Assembly (NCBI GenBank): GCA_000002445.1
Contig: CP000070.1
Location: forward strand, 928,001-992,000
Reading direction: 5' to 3'
Length of the DNA stretch: 64,000 nt
Source of the DNA: Trypanosoma brucei
Taxonomy: Eukaryota
Shown here: positions 58,160 through 64,000 of the stretch, one piece after another
Layout of the letters: each line of letters begins with the position of its first letter
How positions within the stretch are numbered: the first letter of the stretch is position 1
Notes under the pieces: model-generated
What the model was told of the DNA's origin: nothing
The model's input: only the letters and a program-made list of their open reading frames with translations
The model's database searches: none
Made by a program: the position numbers and the translations under genes

Positions 58160-59887
58160 CTAAAGGTAGCACTGAGAAGCTTGAAACCCTTCCGGTGTTG
58201 GATTAAGACAAACGGGAAGGTATTTAAAGAGTGTCGTGGCGGTAAGCCCACGTTCGCCGCCTTGGGATGAGGCGGCGAGATCGGCGGCTGTGCCGTGCAC
58301 AAGGCACCCCGCACAGGTGGCTTGCCAGAGCGGGAACTGCTGCGCCAGCAGTCCCGCAATGATACCAGTCAAAACATCTCCCATGCCTCCAGAGGCCATG
58401 CCGCTGTTACCGACGTCGGCAACGGCGCACGCGGGAAACAGCAGCTCTGCCGCCGTCCCCGTTGGCACGGGGACGCGTGCATCTTCCGCAATGCGAAGCA
58501 CCGTTCCAGGCCCTTTGAGCAAAACGACCCCACCGTACCTAGCCACCAACTCCTCAGCGGCACGATATCGATTTTGCTCCACCTCAGAAACTGTGCAACC
58601 CAGAAGTCTGGAGGCCTCAGCAGAGTGCGGTGTTATGACACGGTTATTTAGTCGTACAGACGGTGGTTGTTGTTCCCCATCATTCCTTTTCCTAGAAAAC
58701 GCTGCTAAAATATTCAACGCGTCCGCATCCCACACCGAGGGAACATTAATGTTCTCCCGGAGATGTATTTCCACTACACGCAGGGCTTCGATTCCCCATG
58801 CACCTTGACCAAGGCCAGGCCCTATAGCTACACACGAGGCCCACTGTAGTCCCATCCGCAAACTTTCCTCCGTCAGTGTCTGAGTCATCACCTCTGGGCA
58901 GCGGCACATGATTGGCGCGGCATGTTCAGCACGCGTAAGAACTCGAACGAGACCACAGCCAGATCGTAACGCTGCCTCTGCTGCCATCGCAATGGCTCCA
59001 CCGAAACCAGAGTCACCACCGACAACCAACAACTTGCCATTCATTGCCTTGTTAATACACCTTCGTGGCTCGCTGCGCGATAACAGTGGAAAAAGATGCG
59101 AACTTTCAAGTCGCCTGCAAAATACATCACGCTGTTGGTCCGGTAACAACAACCAATCAGCGAGATCTAGGGAATCATAGTGAAGCTTTCCAACATGGTT
59201 GCGTGCAGACCCTGTAAGAAGTCCTGGCTTCACAGCAATGAAGGTGACGGTGTGAACCGCACGTATACATGAGCCCTTCACGTCCCCCGTTTCGGCATCT
59301 AAGCCCGACGGAATATCAATAGCAAAGCACGGCTTACCAGATTCGTTCACACGATCGATTATCGCTGCGTAATCCCCACGTGGAGCACCCCCCATCCCCG
59401 TACCTAGCAAGCCATCCACAACTACATCCACACCGGAGAGTGAAGCTCCCTCTTCCAACCAGGTGCGCGCATCTTTCATTACGATCTCCACACCTGGTTT
59501 TTGACGTTCTTCCTGTAACGCAGCATAGGCGGCTGCTGCCTCGGGAGGAAGCGGTTTGGAACCGGCCACAGTTATAACAGTAACGCATGTGCCTCCTCCC
59601 CTGGAGGAGGCTCGTCGGGCAACCTCAAAGCCGTCTCCACCGTTATTCCCGCTTCCGCAGAGCACCAGCCACTTCTTTGCATTTGGAACCTCGGTGCAAA
59701 CGACCTTGAAAAAAGCTGCAGCAGCCCGTTGCATGAGATCGTATAAGGTTATCCCCTGTACCCGGGCTGCTTCCACTTCCGCTTTTCGAAGCCATGCGGC
59801 AGACCAGGCGAGATATAACAGTTTTTGCTGCTCATCCGGGTAACGGGTATACGTGCTAATGGTCCGAATAAAAGAGTTCCTTCTCAT
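58160..59887 (-). CDS. bifunctional NAD(P)H-hydrate repair enzyme Nnr-like: YjeF_N (NAD(P)HX epimerase) fused to YjeF_C (ATP/ADP-dependent NAD(P)HX dehydratase, carbohydrate-kinase fold)
   Basis: The track start at 59950 is GTG. The first ATG is at 59887 (plus 'cat' at 59885-59887). The YjeF_N signature is WLVLCGSGNNGGDGFEVARRA. The YjeF_C signatures are KLLVVGGDSGFGGAIAMAAEAALRSGCGLVRV, KGPGTVL and GGMGDVLTGIIAGLLAQ. Both domains sit in one uninterrupted 575-aa reading frame. Confidence 0.85.
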   Translation of the reverse strand: MRRNSFIRTISTYTRYPDEQQKLLYLAWSAAWLRKAEVEAARVQGITLYDLMQRAAAAFFKVVCTEVPNAKKWLVLCGSGNNGGDGFEVARRASSRGGGTCVTVITVAGSKPLPPEAAAAYAALQEERQKPGVEIVMKDARTWLEEGASLSGVDVVVDGLLGTGMGGAPRGDYAAIIDRVNESGKPCFAIDIPSGLDAETGDVKGSCIRAVHTVTFIAVKPGLLTGSARNHVGKLHYDSLDLADWLLLPDQQRDVFCRRLESSHLFPLLSRSEPRRCINKAMNGKLLVVGGDSGFGGAIAMAAEAALRSGCGLVRVLTRAEHAAPIMCRCPEVMTQTLTEESLRMGLQWASCVAIGPGLGQGAWGIEALRVVEIHLRENINVPSVWDADALNILAAFSRKRNDGEQQPPSVRLNNRVITPHSAEASRLLGCTVSEVEQNRYRAAEELVARYGGVVLLKGPGTVLRIAEDARVPVPTGTAAELLFPACAVADVGNSGMASGGMGDVLTGIIAGLLAQQFPLWQATCAGCLVHGTAADLAASSQGGERGLTATTLFKYLPVCLNPTPEGFQASQCYL

Positions 59888-60309
59888 TATGAAGCCTATT
59901 AAGTCAACACGCTTTTTCTTTCTTTTTTTTTGTTTTAGACGAAGAGCCACTGCACGAAAGGAAGCGTCGGTGACAGCGTTCTAAGGGGTATAGGTAGAGC
60001 AACCAGCGACGCTAAAGCTACGCAGAAGTCAGAGAATGGGGCACATGGATTATGTGTGCAAAAGGAAACGTTTGGTGTAATTCCATCACAGAGGAAGGAA
60101 GGAAACCTCCGGGTTGTCCCTCATTGATGTGGATCCCAATTTTCGGTGCAGTCTCACACGCACGCGTGCAAGAAGGTAAATGCCTGGCATTCAAATTGCC
60201 GCCAAAAAGAACTGACAAAGAAAAACAGCGGCACGGAGGATAAAGATATTGGACTACGACGAAAACACACTCGCCGATTATAAAAAAGAGAAAATGTAGC
60301 CCAACTCTT

Positions 60310-62373
60310 TCAAAAACCGAGTCCCAGCGCTTGCTCCAACCCCAGCTCCTCATCGTCATCTTGTGAAACCTTAGAATGGCCAGTTGAATTATCACGGCGA
60401 GCGCCACCACCCTCCGCACTGCCTTTTCCCAATTTTGGTCCCGCATGGTCCGCGATAGCAGAGTTTACGGAGTCTTTCGCTACGACCTTCATCGCTGCGG
60501 CGTCGTTTTCATCGTCTTCCCCGCGGTGACGCTTGACTCCGGCCGTTTCAGCGCTGGGTGCACCTTCACTTTTGTCTGCAGCTTCCGACGCCCCTGCCGT
60601 AGCAGCGGCAGCCCCATTACTACTAGTCGCAGTATCTGCCTCCGATGGTGTACAGGCGCGACCGGAACCGGCATCAGATTCCGTTGTACTCACGGGATCT
60701 TTATAGCCAGCGGCTGCTTTTACAAAGGCGGGTATCTTTGTCATGTCCTCGACAGTAATCACAGGCAACCGAGTGACGCCGTCCCTGTACTGCCGCAACT
60801 GTCGGACAATGTTGTGGAATGAGCGTATACTGGGAGCAAGGTCAACCTTCATTGATGCCGCTTTCGAGTCAACAGACATCCCAAAATAGTAGTGACGACT
60901 AAATGATTTCACCGCAGTGCCAGCAGAGCCCCCGCCTACAGCAGAAGATACCGAGCTACTATTACCATTTGAAGAAGCGCCCGCACGCCCCTGTGCGCCG
61001 CTCTCCGGTATTCCGCCGCCTCGAGGCGCCTTCTTCAGCAACCGACTTCGCGCCTCAACTTCCTCCGGTGCTTCGTACCCTTTCGGGTTCAAACGCAGCC
61101 GCACATGTGGAAAACTTTCAAGTGACTGCGCTCGCGATTCGGCTGTTCCCGCCCATAAGAATCGTATCTTCGACTCCACGGCATCCACGTAGCCTTGGTA
61201 CGCTTCCGCATCTGTGCAAGTAACCTGAACGTGCAGGTAATACTTATATTCCCCAAAGAACTTCACAGGCTCAAGAATTTTGCTCCAGATGCCATGTGGA
61301 CCCAGTTTCATTTTCGTTTCCTCTACGCCCATCCCAATGTAGGATGAACAAATCTCATGGCCGCGAGCAAACTCATCACATAGTTGCCTCAGATTGGTCA
61401 TCGTCACGTTGTAACAAGCGTTCCCGTATGGCACTGCTGGGGTGAGCACAGGGAAAAGCGCTAATGCGTCGGACTTCGATTCCCGCGGGTCCCAACCGCG
61501 ACCCAAGTTCGTTTTGACGCGCATCGTCTCGGTTAAATAAATCGCACGATTCTCCCTTCCGCTTCCGTGAGGATTGGGGGAAAACCATGTGTGGTAGATA
61601 CGGAAGAAGCGCACCACCATGCCAGCAGCGTTTTGGTTTGGGTGACACTGACAAACAAAAGCAACAAGAATAGCCCAACCGATACCACTGGGAAAGCCAA
61701 AGGTGTTACTGTAGATGCCACGGGCCTTTCCCCATGCCTTAATAAAACGCAACGCCTGCCGAAATGAAGCTTTGTGCGGAACAAGGTCCATGATGTTGTG
61801 TGCAACGCGGACAGCATTACAGCTGAGCACAGATTGGTCGTCAAGCCCCTGAAGTAAGTCGTCTGTGATAACTTCAGGGACACGATCTTGGCGAATAGAA
61901 CCGAAGGACAAGTCGATATCGATTCCGTCTGCAACCATGGCGATCAGAGGAACGCGGGCATCACGAATGCAGTGAAGTTCGGTAATGCGAGACTCATGAC
62001 TCAATCGAGGGGCTAGCGTATTGAAAAAATGCTCACGTGTAATGCGATTGGGGGCTATTAGTACAATATCTATATCGCTACCTGAACCATGAACGTTGTA
62101 GCGGTATGAGCCCGTTGCGAAAATGCGGCCCTCCACTTGAGCGGCCGCTTCAGCCGGCATGCGAAACTCTGCAATCATTGTTGACCGAATCCACGCCCGC
62201 ACAATGCAATTGATGTGTTCAAGAACGGAGCGTCGACGGTTTGCCTCTTCCTCAGGTTCAATTCCCGCTGCGCACCACTCCACAAGCGGTACGTTGTGAT
62301 CCTCCTCAGCTGGAGACGGCCCGTCGCTGGAAATAATCTTTTTTGCAAGGAACGACTTGTCTGTTCGTGACAT
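60310..62373 (-). CDS. canonical nuclear poly(A) polymerase (Pol-beta-type nucleotidyltransferase + PAP central domain) with a low-complexity A/S/G-rich C-terminal tail
   Basis: I verified by hand that the track start at 62493 is TTG (plus 'caa' at 62491-62493). The first ATG is at 62373 (plus 'cat' at 62371-62373; MSRTDKSFLAKKII...). The catalytic motif FATGSYRYNVHGSGSDIDIVLIAP...DIDLSF is the GS...D.D signature of canonical PAPs. The PAP central-domain region is conserved. Confidence 0.9.
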   Translation of the reverse strand: MSRTDKSFLAKKIISSDGPSPAEEDHNVPLVEWCAAGIEPEEEANRRRSVLEHINCIVRAWIRSTMIAEFRMPAEAAAQVEGRIFATGSYRYNVHGSGSDIDIVLIAPNRITREHFFNTLAPRLSHESRITELHCIRDARVPLIAMVADGIDIDLSFGSIRQDRVPEVITDDLLQGLDDQSVLSCNAVRVAHNIMDLVPHKASFRQALRFIKAWGKARGIYSNTFGFPSGIGWAILVAFVCQCHPNQNAAGMVVRFFRIYHTWFSPNPHGSGRENRAIYLTETMRVKTNLGRGWDPRESKSDALALFPVLTPAVPYGNACYNVTMTNLRQLCDEFARGHEICSSYIGMGVEETKMKLGPHGIWSKILEPVKFFGEYKYYLHVQVTCTDAEAYQGYVDAVESKIRFLWAGTAESRAQSLESFPHVRLRLNPKGYEAPEEVEARSRLLKKAPRGGGIPESGAQGRAGASSNGNSSSVSSAVGGGSAGTAVKSFSRHYYFGMSVDSKAASMKVDLAPSIRSFHNIVRQLRQYRDGVTRLPVITVEDMTKIPAFVKAAAGYKDPVSTTESDAGSGRACTPSEADTATSSNGAAAATAGASEAADKSEGAPSAETAGVKRHRGEDDENDAAAMKVVAKDSVNSAIADHAGPKLGKGSAEGGGARRDNSTGHSKVSQDDDEELGLEQALGLGF

Positions 62374-63145
62374 GATCAACGAATCACAACGCACAGTTTT
62401 GCAATTCAACTGTAGTGACTGAACACCAGCACACTGACAAAAATATTCAAACCCTGCTAATTCCCGGTATGTAGCTTTTACAAACCCAACCAAGTTTACT
62501 GTCGAGAACCGTAAGACTTCAACCTCCCGCTTCCTGCCCGCACGGGACGTTCACAATGGTATGAGCCCGCTGATGTAGCTACACACATTTGAAAAAAAAT
62601 GGTGAAGCAATGAATGCATACGCACGTATAAGTGGAATCGGTGAGTGCAGAGAGGTAAATGGTGATGTCACCCAAGTTGTACAAGCGAAACAGAGGCAAA
62701 CGTGAAATAATGAAGGATGAAGCAGTTACGCGAGCAAACACCAATAGCAACACCGTGTTCCAACACAGAAACCACACAGAACGTGGTAAAGAGAGGGAGA
62801 GAGCATGCAAACGAAACAATCCGAACGACGGACATTTTTTCGCACGAGCTGATCCTCCGGCAAAAGAGAGATAAAAGGGTGGAGACACTGCCGTGAAGGC
62901 GATGACAGCGCAAAACCAGATACTACCCACTTAAGAAAGAGTTCTTCACAATATTCCCGCGCACCCTCTCCCTCCTAAATTACACATATTCTTTCGTAGT
63001 GTCACCTACACTGAAACAGATTTTGCAATTTACCTCCCCCCTCCCAAAATAAAAAAAAAAACATAAACACAAACACAAACCCAGCTGGCAAAATAGTAAA
63101 ACGGTACACTTGCCACACAACAAATTACCTCATTCCAACCATGTA

Positions 63146-63847
63146 TTAGTCCAATAGCACGTCAATAGCCGATGGGCACATCGTAATTCGCAATAGCTCC
63201 TGCGCTGTTGAGCGGTTGACGGAGAACTCCTCGCTGTCCACAGGAACACCCAATGGGCTGACGGGGGCGGTGAATGATATGGCAGACGTCCCAAGTGCAA
63301 TGCAGTCGAGCAGGCACTGCACCACGTGCTCAAACAGTATCTTACCCTCATGCCATGCGCACAGCAGTGATCCACGCTCCCTGCTAGAGATCTCAGTAGC
63401 TTCTTCTGCTGACACTTCAACCGCAGACCCCCCCCTCCCAGCATCGGCTGGTGGGATCAAACCACACACAATAACAGGCTGAACTCCGAGTTTCGTCTCC
63501 ACATCAGCTATGATGGCTTTTGCCTCCATGAGTGATGATTTACGTTGTGGGTCATAACAGATTACCACAGCATGACAACTAGCACAAACAAAGCGGGTTA
63601 ACTCTCTGAACCGTGGGTGGCCGGAGATGTCAAACACTCGCAACTGCGCGCGGGCCGTCAAGCCACCAGTGAGAAAGACGGTTTTGTCAAACTGGTTAAA
63701 AGTCACGGTTGGTGGCGTCACCGCAAACCTCGCACTATTGTCGCCCGGCCGCCGCTGTCGACCCCACTCCCGCATTAATGACGTTTTCCCTACACCACAT
63801 GGGCCAATAAGAGCTATCTTTATTGGGCTTGACAGTAGATCGCGCAT
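63146..63847 (-). CDS. atypical small-GTPase-like P-loop protein (Ras/Rab-like fold, non-canonical G3 and G4 motifs)
   Basis: The track start at 63853 is GTG. The ATG at 63847 is verified. G1 is the P-loop IALIGPCGVGKTS. G3 reads DISGHPRF where a canonical GTPase has DTAGQE, so the catalytic Gln is replaced by His. I see no NKxD (G4) motif; the expected position reads ICYDPQRK. 233 aa. Confidence 0.7.
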   Translation of the reverse strand: MRDLLSSPIKIALIGPCGVGKTSLMREWGRQRRPGDNSARFAVTPPTVTFNQFDKTVFLTGGLTARAQLRVFDISGHPRFRELTRFVCASCHAVVICYDPQRKSSLMEAKAIIADVETKLGVQPVIVCGLIPPADAGRGGSAVEVSAEEATEISSRERGSLLCAWHEGKILFEHVVQCLLDCIALGTSAISFTAPVSPLGVPVDSEEFSVNRSTAQELLRITMCPSAIDVLLD

Positions 63848-64000
63848 CCCCACGGAGAAGCATGACAGTCCCTTACACCGTGTCGCCTCTCGTCTCCGAG
63901 TAAAATCAAGAAATTGAGTAAAATTGTAACGCGCGTTAAGTGAAATTGTCGGTTTGGCAGCACCTGCGGATGTAATGCTGTCAAAATCCGTGCCAAACGT

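Noticed and set aside
60310-62493. N-terminal extensions and start sites of many ORFs in the supplied six-frame track, for example PAP at 62493, TyrRS at 14993, PSS at 57968, YjeF at 59950, NIF at 54659, p24 at 10354 and GTPase at 63853.
   Set aside because: I checked the underlying codons: these 'M' positions are TTG or GTG (for example plus 'caa' at 62491-62493 and 'cac' at 10352-10354). The track evidently uses a bacterial start set. Trypanosomatids initiate at ATG only, so I moved each start to the first in-frame ATG.
62496-62930. 144-aa ORF immediately upstream of the poly(A) polymerase ORF; a possible N-terminal extension or stop-codon readthrough.
   Set aside because: It is in a different frame from the PAP ORF (there is a 2-nt offset between its stop and the PAP track start). 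It has low-complexity, Cys/Phe-rich composition, and the real PAP start is the downstream ATG at 62373.

Overview
This window is nuclear DNA from a kinetoplastid. It is most consistent with an African trypanosome of the Trypanosoma brucei group: about 45% GC, AT/pyrimidine-rich low-complexity spacers full of (TA)n, (CA)n and homopolymer runs, and no introns. I support 21 protein-coding genes, and all of them lie on the minus strand. The whole window therefore sits inside one unidirectional polycistronic transcription unit with no strand switch.

Genes in order of transcription (high to low coordinate):
- atypical small-GTPase-like protein
- canonical poly(A) polymerase
- fused NAD(P)H-hydrate epimerase/dehydratase (YjeF_N+YjeF_C)
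- base-exchange phosphatidylserine synthase
- NIF/FCP-like protein with a degenerate catalytic motif
- large coiled-coil protein
- single-RRM RNA-binding protein, followed by about 8.5 kb of gene-free low-complexity DNA
- hypothetical protein
- DEK-C-like protein
- ubiquitin-like/ribosomal protein S27a fusion
- P5C-reductase-like Rossmann protein
- coiled-coil protein
- STE-group kinase
- UHM/RRM-like protein
- TPR+J-domain ER co-chaperone
- double-length tyrosyl-tRNA synthetase
- hypothetical protein
- p24/emp24 cargo receptor
- small putative mitochondrial membrane ORF
- NEK kinase with a poly-Q tract
- a 3'-truncated hypothetical gene running off the left edge

I recognised no tRNA, rRNA, CRISPR array or transposable element.

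The supplied ORF track treats GTG and TTG as start codons. I checked this directly at several loci, so many of its N-termini are artefacts. I re-derived starts as the first in-frame ATG, because trypanosomatids initiate only at ATG.

I see no obviously novel multi-gene system. The most notable items are the 8.5-kb candidate ultra-long 3'UTR downstream of the RBP gene, a NIF-like pseudophosphatase, a bacterial-style fused Nnr repair enzyme, a highly diverged ubiquitin moiety on S27a, and an atypical GTPase. Product names come from motif recognition by eye and were not checked against any database.
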